Counted from the first letter of the stretch, positions 37,509 to 49,306 are shown. The stretch: DNA of 64,000 bases from an uncultured Pseudomonadota bacterium (GCA_963814065.1 CAWFBL010000001.1:193663-257662), one strand, 5' to 3'. Translations and numbers: made by a program. The notes: generated by a model from the letters alone, not told the origin.

Positions 37509-38933
37509 ATGAACGAGCCGCTGCGCCGCGCCCCTTCGCCCGATCTCCTGCCGCGTTTTGCCGCCATCGTCGGCGACAAATACGCCGTCACCGACCCGGC
37601 GGCGCTCGCGCCCTATCTGATCGAGGGTCGCGACCTCTATCACGGCCGCACCGCCATGCTGCTCAGGCCCGGCTCGGTCGAAGAGGTCGCGGCCATCCTC
37701 AAGCTCGCCAATGAGACCCAGACCCCGGTGGTGCCGCAGGGCGGCAATACCGGCCTGGTCGGCGGCCAGATCCCGCTCGACGGCGAATTGCTGATCTCGC
37801 TCACCCGGCTCGAGAAGATCCGCGAGGTCGATCCGTCCTCCAACACCATGACCTGCGAATCCGGCGTGGTGCTGCAGAAGGCGCAGGAAGCCGCCGCCGC
37901 CGCCGACCGCCTGTTCCCGCTCTCGCTCGGCGCGGAAGGAAGCTGCACCATCGGCGGCAATCTCTCCAGCAATGCCGGCGGCACCGGCGCGCTCGCCTAT
38001 GGCATCGCCCGCGACCTGATGCTCGGCGTCGAAGTGGTGCTGCCCGACGGCCGTGTGCTCAACCTGCTGCGCAAGCTGAAGAAAGACAACACCGGCTACG
38101 ACCTGCGCCATCTTTTCGTCGGCGCCGAGGGCACGCTCGGCATCATCACCGCCGCCGTGCTCAAGCTGTTTCCGCGTCCGCGCGCGGTGGAGACCGCCTT
38201 CATCGGCGTGCCCTCGCCGGAGGTGGCGCTCACGCTGCTCAATTTGGCGCAGGCGCGCGTCGCCGGCACGGTGACCAGCTTCGAATTGATCGGCCGCGGC
38301 ATCATCGACTTCGCGCTCAGCCACGGGCCGGGCGTGCGCGATCCGCTGCAAAGCGTGCACCCGTGGTACGTGCTGCTGGAGGTCTCCGCCCAGCACGGCG
38401 AGGGCCTGCGCGACAGCGTCGAAAGCCTGCTCGGCGACGGTGTCGAAGAAGGCATCGTGACCGACGCCACCATTGCCGCCAGCCTGGAACAGACCAAGTC
38501 GTTCTGGCATCTGCGCCATTCACTGCCCGAGGTGCAGAAGCCGGAAGGCGGTTCGATCAAGCACGATGTCTCGGTGCCGGTCGCCGCCGTGCCGCAGTTC
38601 ATCGCGGAGGCCAACGCGGCGGTGGCGGTGCTGATCCCCGGCAGCCGGCCGGTGCCGTTCGGCCATCTCGGCGACGGCAACATTCATTATAATGTCAGCC
38701 AGCCGCTCGGCGCCGACACCACGGCGTTCCTCAAGCGCTGGAACGAGGTCAACACGGTGGTGGACAAGATCGTGCTCGATTTGGGCGGCTCGATTTCGGC
38801 CGAGCACGGCATCGGCCGGCTCAAGCGCGACTCGCTGCCCAAGGTGAAGGACCCGGTGGCGCTCGATCTCATGCGGAGCATCAAGCGTCTGCTCGATCCC
38901 AACGGCATCATGAATCCCGGAAAGGTGCTCTGA
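37509..38933 (+). CDS. FAD-linked oxidase (GlcD / D-2-hydroxyacid dehydrogenase family)
   Basis: FAD-binding PCMH-type N-domain (VVPQGGNTGLVGG, GGNLSSNAGG) and C-terminal SAEHGIGRLK...DPNGIMNPGK. 474 aa. Confidence 0.88.
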   Translation: MNEPLRRAPSPDLLPRFAAIVGDKYAVTDPAALAPYLIEGRDLYHGRTAMLLRPGSVEEVAAILKLANETQTPVVPQGGNTGLVGGQIPLDGELLISLTRLEKIREVDPSSNTMTCESGVVLQKAQEAAAAADRLFPLSLGAEGSCTIGGNLSSNAGGTGALAYGIARDLMLGVEVVLPDGRVLNLLRKLKKDNTGYDLRHLFVGAEGTLGIITAAVLKLFPRPRAVETAFIGVPSPEVALTLLNLAQARVAGTVTSFELIGRGIIDFALSHGPGVRDPLQSVHPWYVLLEVSAQHGEGLRDSVESLLGDGVEEGIVTDATIAASLEQTKSFWHLRHSLPEVQKPEGGSIKHDVSVPVAAVPQFIAEANAAVAVLIPGSRPVPFGHLGDGNIHYNVSQPLGADTTAFLKRWNEVNTVVDKIVLDLGGSISAEHGIGRLKRDSLPKVKDPVALDLMRSIKRLLDPNGIMNPGKVL

Positions 38934-38935
38934 CT

Positions 38936-39065
38936 TATCCCTCCCCTGAAAGGGGAGGGTCGAGCGCGCGAAGCGCGGTCGGGGTTACTCTTCCGTACGA
39001 TCTGAGCGCGCCCCCACCCGGCTCGCTTGCGCTCGCCACCCTCCCCCGCAGGCGGGGGAGGGATA
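38936..39065. repeat. Composite REP element (hairpins CCCTCCCCTGAAAGGGGAGGG and CCCTCCCCCGCAGGCGGGGGAGGG)
   Basis: Hairpins at 38939-38959 and 39039-39062. A second copy of the same two-hairpin composite, in the same orientation, lies at 44190-44336. Confidence 0.8.
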
Positions 39066-39072
39066 GAAGCGC

Positions 39073-41776
39073 CTAAGCCTTATTCGCCGCCGCTACCTTC
39101 GCGAAAATGCGGTCGGGCTTCAGCGGCAGTTCGAAAAATCGCACGCCGGTGGCGTCGCGCACGGCGTTGGCGAGCGCGGCGCCGACCGGATTATAGGGGC
39201 TCTCGCTCATCGACTTGGCGCCGAAGGGCCCGAGCGTGTCGCTGGTCTTGGCGAACAGCACCTCCGTGCGCGGCAGGTCGGCCAACACCGGCAGGTGATA
39301 GTTGCGGAATTGGGCGTTGGCGACGCGACCTTCCTCGTCGATCACCATCTCCTCGAACAATGCCGCGCCCAGCGCCTGCGCCACGCCGCCTTCGACCTGC
39401 GCGCGGCACTGCATCGGGTTGATCACGGTGCCGGCATCGGCCGCCTGCACGCTCTTGAGGACGCGGATCTCGCCGCTCACTTTGTTCACGGCGACGCGGA
39501 AGCCGTGCACGTTGAAGGCGACCGAGCGTGGAATGCCGTTGGTCGAACCGGTGGCCGACAGCACGCCGCCGGCGCTCTGATACAAATCGCCGATCGCGAC
39601 GCGCTTGCCCGCGCCAGTCACCGCGTCGCCCGCAAGCGCGCAGTCTTCGCGCGCAACGCCGAGCAATTTGGCCGCTGCTCCCAGAATCTTCCCGTGCAAC
39701 GTCCGCGCCGCACGCTCGGTGGCGCGGCCCGCGACCACGGTGCCGGTGCTGCCGAAGGCGCCGGTGTCGTGGCCGCCATGGCCGGTGTCGGACGAATGTA
39801 GATGGATGTTGGCCGGCGCGGTCGAAAGCACCGCGGCCGCGATCTGCCGGTGCACCGTGCTGGTGCCGTTGCCGAACTCGGCGGTGCCGACGGTGAGGTC
39901 GTAAGCCCCGTCGGCGCGCAGCGCGATCGTCGAATCGGAGAAATGTCCACCGGGCGGCACCGTGTTGACCATGGTCAGCGCAAAGCCCTGGCCGACCAGC
40001 CAGCCGTCCACCGGCGGCTCGCCGCCGCCATCGGTGAAGGCGTCGGCCACCAGATCGAAGCACTGGTCGAGCCCGTAGCTGCCGTAGATGACGTCGTCGT
40101 GCACTTCGCCGGTCGACAGCATCGGATCGCCTTGCTTGACCGCGTTCAGCCTACGGATGGCAAGGCTGTCCATGCCGATCATGCGCGCCACTTCGTCGAT
40201 GGCGCTTTCGACCGCGAAGCCGGTTTGCGGCAATCCGTAGCCGCGGAAGCCGCCGGCGGGCACGGTGTTGGTATAGGCCGCGTAGCCGTCGACCTTCTTG
40301 TTCGGGCAGCGATAGACCGCGATCAATTCCGAGCAGGCGTGCTCCAGCACCGCGAAGCCGTGGTTGCCGTAGGCGCCGGTGTTGGAGACGACGCGCATCT
40401 TGAATGGCCGTCATCGTGCCGTCGCGCTTGGCGCCCATCTTGACATGCACGCGCATGGGATGGCGCGTGGTGGCGGCGGTGAACTGCTCCTGGCGGGTGA
40501 ATTCGAGCTTCACCGGCTGCTTGAGCCGCAGCGCGGCCAGCGCCACGACATCTTCCACCAGCATTTCCTGCTTGCCGCCGAAGCCGCCGCCGACCCGCTC
40601 GCAATAGACGCGCACCTTGGCCGGATCGAGCGCGAATATGCGCGCCAGTTCCTTGCGCGTCAGGAACGGCACCTGCGTGCTGGAACGGAGGTTGAGCACG
40701 CCACTGTCGTCGATCCAGCCGATGGCCGCGTGCGTTTCCAGATGCGCGTGCTGGGTGCGCGGCGTGGAGTAGGTGCCTTCGTGGATGACGTCCGCCTCGG
40801 CAAAGCCGGCTTCGACGTCGCCGATGCCGCCATGGACCTCGGCCAGGATGTTCTGCTGCGGCTTGAGGATGCGCGCTTCCGGTCCTTTGTCGTGGATCAC
40901 CGGGGCGCCGTCGGTCATCGCCGCTTCCGGATCGAACACCGCCGGCAGCACCTCGTAATCGACGTTAAGCCGCCGGCAGCCTTCTTCCGCCGCCGCCTCG
41001 CTCTCGGCGACCACCGCCGCGACGCGCTGGCCGACGAAGCGCACCATCGTGTCGAGCACCAGCGTGTCGTCGGGATCGATGACGCGGTCCTCGTGGCGGC
41101 CGGTGGAGAAGGCCACCGCCGGCGCGTCTTCATGGGTGAACACCGCCTTCACGCCCGGCACGGCGAGCGCCGCGCGCTTGTCGATGGCGCGGATGCGGGC
41201 ATGGGCGTGCGGCGAGCGCGCAAGTTTCATGTGCAGCAGGCGCTCGACCGCGACATCGACCGTGAAGCGCGCGCGGCCCTGCACCACGTCGGGTCCCGCC
41301 GGCGCCGGCACGTTGCGGCCGCAAGGCTGGCCGTCGCCGTCCTCGATCTCGCGCTTTCCGGCCAGCGCGTCGTCGATCGCGCGATAGCCGGTGCAGCGGC
41401 AGATGTTGCCCTTGAGCGCGCGGCCGAGATCGGCGCGCTGCGCCTGGTTGAGCGAGGCCGCGGTCATGATCATGCCGGCGGTGCAGAAACCGCATTGAAA
41501 GGCTTGCGCGTCGAGGAAGGCGCGCTGCATTGGATGCAGTTCGTTGCCGTTGGCCATGCCCTCGATGGTGGTGACCTCGCGGCCTTCGGCGCGGAAGGCC
41601 GGCATCAGGCAGCTATGCACCGGCTCGCCGTCGATCAGCACGGTGCAGGCGCCGCAGTCGCCGGCGTCGCATCCCTTCTTGACGCCGAACCAGCCGAGCG
41701 AGCGCAGGAAGGTGCGCAGACATTGCCCGGGCGTCGGGCTTTGCGCGAAGTCCTCGCCGTTGACCTTGAAGTTCAT
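39073..41776 (-). pseudogene. Xanthine dehydrogenase/aldehyde oxidase family large subunit with fused N-terminal [2Fe-2S] domain, split by a frameshift near 40396
   Basis: ORF 40151..41776 encodes 2x[2Fe-2S] motifs (CDAGDCGACTV, CGFCTAGMIM, CRCTGY) plus the first half of the Mo-binding domain. ORF 39073..40398 continues it (MRVVSNTGAYGNHG...). The junction reads ..GCC ATT CAA G ATG CGC GTC.. (AIQ | MRVVSNTG). One extra nucleotide therefore breaks a single CDS of about 900 aa. Confidence 0.8.
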
Positions 41777-42624
41777 GGCGCTTCTCCCGCGCCGAGTTCG
41801 CGGCGAATGTCCTCGGCGAAATGCAGGCTCATGTGGCGCCGCCAGGCCGGACTGCCGTGGATATCGTCGTACCAGCCGTCCGCCGGAATGGCGGCTTCGA
41901 CGCGCGCGCGCAAATCGTCCGCGCCCGGCATGGAATCGAAGGAAAGCTGCACCGGCCGCGGGGTCGATGCGGTGACGGTGAGCGCGAATTGGCCGTCGCG
42001 CGCAAGCGTGCCGATGACGAGCGCGCCGGAGCGCCCGACCGGCGCCAGCGAAATTTGCCGGAAGGCGGTGCGGCGCGTCAGCGCCACGGCGGGCAGGGCG
42101 ATGCCGCGCAGCAGCTCACCCGGCCGCAGGACATTTTGCAGCGGGCCGCGCACGAAATCGGTGACCGGCACGCGCCGCTCGGCGCCGTCCGCCGCCCACA
42201 AAGTGCAGACGCCGTCAAGCGCGGCTGTGAGCGAGATCATCGGCCCGGCCGGCAGCGACATGCAGACGTTGCCGCCGACCGTGGCTGCGTTCCATATCTT
42301 GAAAGAGGCGAGAAAAGCGCGGCAGCACTGGCCGATCAAGGGCGCCGCGATCCAACTGGCGGGCGCGCTCAAACCGTCAAGCTGCGCGATGGTACAGGTG
42401 GCGGCGATCTCAAGCCCGTCGTCGCCAACCGTCAGCGCCGGCCATCGCAGCGTGCCGAGATCGACGAGCCGGGTCAGCCGCGGCCGTGGCGGCTCGCTGC
42501 TGCCGTCCTGCGGCTCGGAATAAAGCCAGGTGCCGCCGCCGAGAAAGGCATCGCCTGCTTGCCACGCCGGCAGTTCACCGCGCGCCCGCGGCCGCGCCAC
42601 CGCCTCAATGGTGTTCAGGTCCAT
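41773..42624 (-). CDS. FAD-binding subunit of the xanthine dehydrogenase family (CoxM/XdhB-like)
   Basis: FAD_binding_5-like sequence (AGDAFLGGGTWLY, ATVGGNVCMS). ATGA stop/start overlap with the large subunit. I chose the ATG at 42624 because the longer starts lie inside the REP element. Confidence 0.8.
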   Translation of the reverse strand: MDLNTIEAVARPRARGELPAWQAGDAFLGGGTWLYSEPQDGSSEPPRPRLTRLVDLGTLRWPALTVGDDGLEIAATCTIAQLDGLSAPASWIAAPLIGQCCRAFLASFKIWNAATVGGNVCMSLPAGPMISLTAALDGVCTLWAADGAERRVPVTDFVRGPLQNVLRPGELLRGIALPAVALTRRTAFRQISLAPVGRSGALVIGTLARDGQFALTVTASTPRPVQLSFDSMPGADDLRARVEAAIPADGWYDDIHGSPAWRRHMSLHFAEDIRRELGAGEAP

Positions 42625-42654
42625 GCGGCACCATTCGCGACAGCGGTGCAACAT

Positions 42655-42745
42655 GCTCCGCTCATTCTCGCGCAAGCGGGAATCCTGGGCCGCAAACTCA
42701 GAATTGGCAGTTCCTGGGTCCCCGCTTTCGCGGGGACGAGCGGAG
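42655..42745. repeat. Bipartite REP-like element (ATTCTCGCGCAAGCGGGAAT plus GTCCCCGCTTTCGCGGGGAC)
   Basis: Hairpins at 42664-42683 (one stem mismatch) and 42718-42737. Same composite as 50622-50715, and the reverse complement of 19330-19425. Confidence 0.8.
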
Positions 42746-42803
42746 AGGAGCTCTGGTCCCGCTCTTGCAAGACTCTGTAGGATGTGTGCGGAGAGGTGCG
42801 AGC

Positions 42804-44144
42804 ATGAGCGAAGCGATCTGGATCAAGGACCCGTTGGCGATCCTGGCCGAGGGCGCCGGGCGCGGCGTCGTCGTGCAGGACGGCAAGATTGTCGAACTGG
42901 TGGCGGCCGGCGGCGCGCCGCAGACCGCGGGCGCCAAGGCATACGAAGCCGGCGCGTACGTCGTGCTGCCAGGCCTCATCAACACCCACCACCATTTCTA
43001 CCAGACGCTCACCCGCGCGCTGCCGGCGGCGCTCGACCGTGAGCTGTTCCCCTGGCTGAAGGCGCTCTATCCGGTGTGGGCGCGGCTCACGCCCGAGGCG
43101 CTCGATCTCGCCGTCACCGTGGCGATGGCCGAGCTGATGCTCTCCGGCTGCACCACCACCACCGACCACCATTATGTCTTCCCGGCTGGCCTCGAAGACG
43201 GCATCGACATCGAAATCGCGGCGGCGAAGCAACTCGGCCTGCGCGTGCTGTTGACCCGCGGCTCGATGAATTTGTCGGAGCGCGACGGCGGCTTGCCGCC
43301 GGACAGCGTGGTGCAGGACGAGGATGCGATCCTGGCCGACAGCGAACGGCTGATCGCGCGCTATCACCAGCGCGGGGAGGGGGCGATGACGCAGGTCGCG
43401 CTCGCGCCCTGTTCGCCGTTCTCCGTCACCACTTCGCTGATGCGCGCCACCGCCGATCTTGCGCGCAAGCACGATGTGCGCCTGCATACCCATCTCGCCG
43501 AAACGCAGGACGAGAACACGTTCTGCAATGAGCTCTATGGCTGCCGGCCGCTCGATTATCTCGAAACCTGCGGCTGGCTCGACAGCCGCGTCTGGCTCGC
43601 CCACGGCATCCATTTCATCGCGGAGGAAATGCCGCGGCTGGCGAAAGCCGGCGTTTCCATCAGCCATTGCGCCTGCTCCAACCAGACGCTCGCCTCCGGT
43701 CATTGCCCGGTGTGCGAGATGGAAGCGGCGGGCGTTGCGATCGGCATTGGCGTCGATGGCTCGGCGTCGAACGACGGCTCCAACCTGATGCAGGAAGTGC
43801 GTGCCGCGTTCCTCATTCAGCGCGCTCGCTACGGCGTCGGCAAAGTGAGTCACAAGGACGCCTTGCGCTGGGCAACGCAAGGCTCGGCTGCTTGCGTCGG
43901 CCGCCCCGAGCTCGGCGAGATCGCCGTCGGCAAGCGCGCCGATCTCGCGCTGTTCAAGCTCGACGAGTTGCGCTTTTCCGGTTACGGCGATGCGCTTGCG
44001 GCGCTGGTGCTGTGCGGCGCACACCGCGCCGACCGCGTGATGATCGACGGCCGCTGGACGGTGGAAGACGGTACCATCCCCGGTCTCGATCTCGCCGGCT
44101 TGATGCGCCGGCACCAGACCGCGGCGAAGAAGCTGCAAAGCTGA
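42804..44144 (+). CDS. Amidohydrolase, 8-oxoguanine deaminase-like (guanine/cytosine deaminase superfamily)
   Basis: IWIKDPLAIL...VVLPGLINTHHHFYQTLTRA...LFPWLKALYPVWARLTPE...SGCTTTTDHHY resembles the 8-oxoguanine/isoxanthopterin deaminase group as I recall it. Metal ligands HHH..H..D are present. The ATG at 42804 has GGAGAGG upstream. Confidence 0.75.
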   Translation: MSEAIWIKDPLAILAEGAGRGVVVQDGKIVELVAAGGAPQTAGAKAYEAGAYVVLPGLINTHHHFYQTLTRALPAALDRELFPWLKALYPVWARLTPEALDLAVTVAMAELMLSGCTTTTDHHYVFPAGLEDGIDIEIAAAKQLGLRVLLTRGSMNLSERDGGLPPDSVVQDEDAILADSERLIARYHQRGEGAMTQVALAPCSPFSVTTSLMRATADLARKHDVRLHTHLAETQDENTFCNELYGCRPLDYLETCGWLDSRVWLAHGIHFIAEEMPRLAKAGVSISHCACSNQTLASGHCPVCEMEAAGVAIGIGVDGSASNDGSNLMQEVRAAFLIQRARYGVGKVSHKDALRWATQGSAACVGRPELGEIAVGKRADLALFKLDELRFSGYGDALAALVLCGAHRADRVMIDGRWTVEDGTIPGLDLAGLMRRHQTAAKKLQS

Positions 44145-44189
44145 ACGGTTCACACGAACGCAACTCCCTACCCCACCGGCATTGACTCA

Positions 44190-44336
44190 GTTCCTCTCCT
44201 GAAAGGGGAGGGGCGCCCGCCGCGACGACGCGGAGGCGGGCGGGATGGGGTCAATCTTGCGTCGTTTCCAATCACGCCCCCACCCGGCCGCTCGCTACGC
44301 TCGCGTCCACCCTCCCCCGCAAGCGGGGGAGGGATC
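44190..44336. repeat. Composite REP element (CCTCTCCTGAAAGGGGAGG and CCCTCCCCCGCAAGCGGGGGAGGG)
   Basis: Hairpins at 44193-44211 and 44310-44333. The spacer shares CCCCCACCCGGC..GCTCGC..CGCTCGC with the 38936-39065 copy. Confidence 0.8.
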
Positions 44337-44345
44337 AGCCGGAGA

Positions 44346-45416
44346 TCACTTCCCAGGCAGCTTCTCGGTGATGCCCTTGACGTAGAAGTTGATGCTGTTG
44401 ATGTCCTTGTCGGGCATGACCTCGCCCTTTTTCACCACCAGCGTGCCATCCTGCTTGTAAACCGGGCCGGAGAACACCACGAGCTTGCCGGACTTGATCT
44501 CGTCGGTGGTGTGCTCCGCCATCTTCTTCACATCGTCGGGCATGTTGTTCAGCGGCGCCACCAACACGTCGTTCTCGGCCATGCCGGCCCAGGTCTCATG
44601 CCGCTTCCAGGTGCCGTCGAGCGCGGCTTTGACTTCCTTGATGTAGTACGGGCCCCAGTTGTCGATCAGCGACGCGAGTTGGGCATGCGGCCCGAACTTC
44701 AGCATGTCGGCGGATTGGCCGAAGGCATGGATGTGACGCTGCTCGGCGATCTGCATGGCCGCCGGGCTATCGGTGTGCTGGACCAGCACGTCGGCGCCCT
44801 GGTCGATTAGCGCCTTGGCGGCGTCGGCTTCCTTGCCGGGGTCAAGCCAGGTGTTGACCCAGACGATCTTGATCTTGAAGTTGGGATTGACCGACTGCGC
44901 GCCGAGCATGAAGGCGTCGATGCCCATCACGACTTCCGGGATCGGGAAGGAGACGATGTAGCCGGCGACACCTGACTTCGACACTTTGGCCGCGATCTGG
45001 CCTTGCACATAGCGGCCTTGGTACCAGCGCAGGTTATAGGTCGACATGTTGGGCGCGGTCTTATAGCCCGACATGTGCTCGAACTTCACTTTCGGGAACT
45101 TTTGCGCGGCCTTCAGGGTCGGATCCATGAAGCCGAAGGAAGTGGTGAAGATGAGGCCGCAGCCGCTTCGCGCCAGCCGCTGGATCACCCGCTCGGAGTC
45201 CGGCCCTTCTTTCACGCTTTCGACGTAACTGGTTTCGACCTTGTCGCCGAGCGCCTTCTGCACATCCAGGCGGCCGATGTCGTGCTGCTCGCTGAAGCCG
45301 CCGTCATTGTGCGGGCCGGGATAGACCCAGCACGCCTTCAACGCCGCCGCCTGAGCGCCGCTCGCGGCGGCGGTTACCAGCGCTACCGCTGCCGCGACAA
45401 CAAGAAATTTACGCAT
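44346..45416 (-). CDS. BMP family (PnrA-like) ABC transporter substrate-binding protein, probable purine nucleoside binding
   Basis: Signal peptide MRKFLVVAAAVALVTAAASGAQA followed by BMP-like YPGPHNDGGFSEQH...GYIVSFPIPEV. The ATG at 45416 is preceded by GGAGAGGAG. The longer ORF start at 45836 is rejected. Confidence 0.85.
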   Translation of the reverse strand: MRKFLVVAAAVALVTAAASGAQAAALKACWVYPGPHNDGGFSEQHDIGRLDVQKALGDKVETSYVESVKEGPDSERVIQRLARSGCGLIFTTSFGFMDPTLKAAQKFPKVKFEHMSGYKTAPNMSTYNLRWYQGRYVQGQIAAKVSKSGVAGYIVSFPIPEVVMGIDAFMLGAQSVNPNFKIKIVWVNTWLDPGKEADAAKALIDQGADVLVQHTDSPAAMQIAEQRHIHAFGQSADMLKFGPHAQLASLIDNWGPYYIKEVKAALDGTWKRHETWAGMAENDVLVAPLNNMPDDVKKMAEHTTDEIKSGKLVVFSGPVYKQDGTLVVKKGEVMPDKDINSINFYVKGITEKLPGK

Positions 45417-45550
45417 CTGTCCACTCCTCTCCTTTGCCTCCTGAAGCGTCCTCAGTCGGCCGGCCCTCGGCCGAGTTACACAGGATTCGTGCCACATGAC
45501 GAGATCGGCGCCATGGTCGGAATTTGCTCGCCCGACAAAACCAACACATG

Positions 45551-46471
45551 TCAATTGTCGGGTACGAAAGTGCGCGCGAGACAGGCTGGCGTATGGATTT
45601 TCAACAAGGCCTGATTGCGCGAGATCAGCACCAGCACCACGACGGTGATGAGGTATGGCAGTGACGAAAGGAATTGCGATGGAATGCCGAGTCCGATCGC
45701 CTGGGCATGAAGCTGCAGAATGCTCACCGCGCCGAATAAGAGCGCGCCGATGGCGACACGAATAGGCAGCCAAGTGCCGAACACCACGAGCGCAATGGCG
45801 ATCCAGCCGCGCCCGGCGGTCATCGCCTGGGTCCATTGCGGCGTGTAGACCAAGGACAGATAGGCGCCGCCGAGGCCGGCGCAGGCACCGCCGAACAGCA
45901 CCGCCAGCATGCGGACCCGCAGCACCGGATAGCCGAGCGCATGCGCGGAGACGTCATTGTCGCCCACCGAGCGCAGAACCAGGCCGGCGTTGCTGTGGAA
46001 CAGGAACAGCCACACCGCAATCGTCAGTGCGACCGCCACATAGACCAGCGGGTCCTCGCCGAAAATCACCGCGCCGACTACCGGCAGGTCGGAGAGAAAC
46101 GGAATGTGGACGGACGACAAGCCGAGCCCGGGCATGCCGGTGAAGGAATCGCCGATCAAGCCCGACAGGCCGAGCCCGAACAGCGTGAGCGCGATCCCGG
46201 AGGCGTTCTGGTTGGCGGCAAAAACAAGCGTCACGATGCCGAACAGGCCGCCCATTGCCGCGCCGCCCAGGATGCCGGTCAGCACGCCGACGATCGGCAT
46301 GCCGCTCACGTGCCCGCCGGCAAAGCCCATGACGGCACCGACCGCCATCATCCCCTCGACGCCGAGGTTGAGCACGCCGGAGCGTTCCGCGATCAGCTCG
46401 CCGAGGGCGGCAAACAGCAGCGGCGTCGCGGCCGTGACGATGGTGAGGAGGATGCCTTCTGCCATTTCCAT
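45551..46471 (-). CDS. ABC transporter permease (BMP/simple-sugar type)
   Basis: 306-aa polytopic protein with AALGELIAERSGVLNLGVEGMM, typical of this permease family. Confidence 0.88.
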   Translation of the reverse strand: MEMAEGILLTIVTAATPLLFAALGELIAERSGVLNLGVEGMMAVGAVMGFAGGHVSGMPIVGVLTGILGGAAMGGLFGIVTLVFAANQNASGIALTLFGLGLSGLIGDSFTGMPGLGLSSVHIPFLSDLPVVGAVIFGEDPLVYVAVALTIAVWLFLFHSNAGLVLRSVGDNDVSAHALGYPVLRVRMLAVLFGGACAGLGGAYLSLVYTPQWTQAMTAGRGWIAIALVVFGTWLPIRVAIGALLFGAVSILQLHAQAIGLGIPSQFLSSLPYLITVVVLVLISRNQALLKIHTPACLARTFVPDN

Positions 46472-46475
46472 CGGA

Positions 46476-47544
46476 TCACTCCGCCGCCTTGGCCAGTTCG
46501 AGGGGGCGCCGACGGACCAGCCGCAGGCGGTAGAAGATCAGCGTGTCGCAGGCGAGCACATAGAATAGCAGCATGCCCTGAAACACCTGCGTGGCCTGGT
46601 CGGAAATGCCGAGCGAAATCTGCGCACCCTCGCCGCCAAGATAAGACAGCGCGAGCAACAACCCGGCCAACAGGATGCCGACCGGATGCAGCCGACCGAG
46701 GAAGGCGACGATGATGGCGGTGAAGCCATAGCCCGGCGATATCGTGGTGCGGAATTGCCCGATCGGGCCGGCGACCTCGCAGATGCCGGCCAGGCCCGCG
46801 AGCCCGCCGGAGATCAGAAAGGTCAGGAATACGATGCGCTTGCGGTTGAAGCCGCCGAAGGCCCCGGCGCGCGCCGACTGCCCGAGAACGCGAAGCTGAA
46901 AGCCGGTCAGTGTCCGCTCCGACAGGAACCAGACCGCGGCGACGGCGATCAGCGTGAAGACGACATTGAGGGGGATGCCGCCGAAGATGTTGGGCAGCAG
47001 CTGGCCGCCGGCAAACGGCTGGCTGTTGGGAAAGTTATGGCCGGCGGGATCGCGCCACGGCGTGCGGGCGAGATAGTCGACCATCAGGTTGGCGACGTAG
47101 ACCAGCATCAGCGTGGTCAGCGTCTCGTTGGCATTGAAGCGGTTCTTGAGCCACGCTGGAATCGCGGCATAGGCCATGCCGCCGAGAATGCCGAGCAGCA
47201 GCATGGGCACGATCACGATCGGCGCCTGCCAGTGGGGAAAGTAAACCGGGATGATCGAGCCGCAGATGGCGCCGACGGCAAGCTGCCCCTCGGCACCGAT
47301 GTTCCAGACATTGGCCTGGTAGCAGAACGACAGCCCGATCGCGATCAAGATGATCGGCGCCGCCTTCACAATCAGGTCGTGGATCGACCACAGCGCGGTG
47401 AGCGGATCGATGAAATACAGATAGAGCGCGCGGAACGGATCGACCCGCGCTATCGCAAAAGCGAGAAAGAAGGTGACAAGTGACAATGCGATCGCCAGCA
47501 CCGGCGACAGCACGGTCATCATCTGGCTCTGCTGCGGCCGACGC

Positions 47545-47561
<17 letters not shown>
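46476..47561 (-). CDS. ABC transporter permease (BMP/simple-sugar type)
   Basis: 361-aa polytopic protein with NIGAEGQL and GLAGICEVAG. The start may instead be the Met pair at about 47522. Confidence 0.85.
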
Positions 47562-49134
<1,573 letters not shown>

Positions 49135-49306
49135 GCGACACGGCCTTCAACGATCATGCCAAATGGCAGCGGCCGGCTTTCCCGCAAGCTACGGCCAAAA
49201 AACCGGCACCTCAATACTGTGCCAAATTCCGCGGCAGTTGAAGGCACCAATTTGAGGCATACACTGCTTAAAACGGCGCCATAAACGGGGGATTGAACCC
49301 CTTCTG

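Noticed and set aside
49281-49306. tRNA-like T-arm on the minus strand (GGGG-TTCAATC-CCCC), possibly a tRNA gene or an integrase att remnant.
   Set aside because: The stem is only 4 bp. I could find no D-arm, anticodon arm or acceptor pairing in the flanks. The adjacent sequence is a REP hairpin, and no integrase or other mobile genes are nearby.
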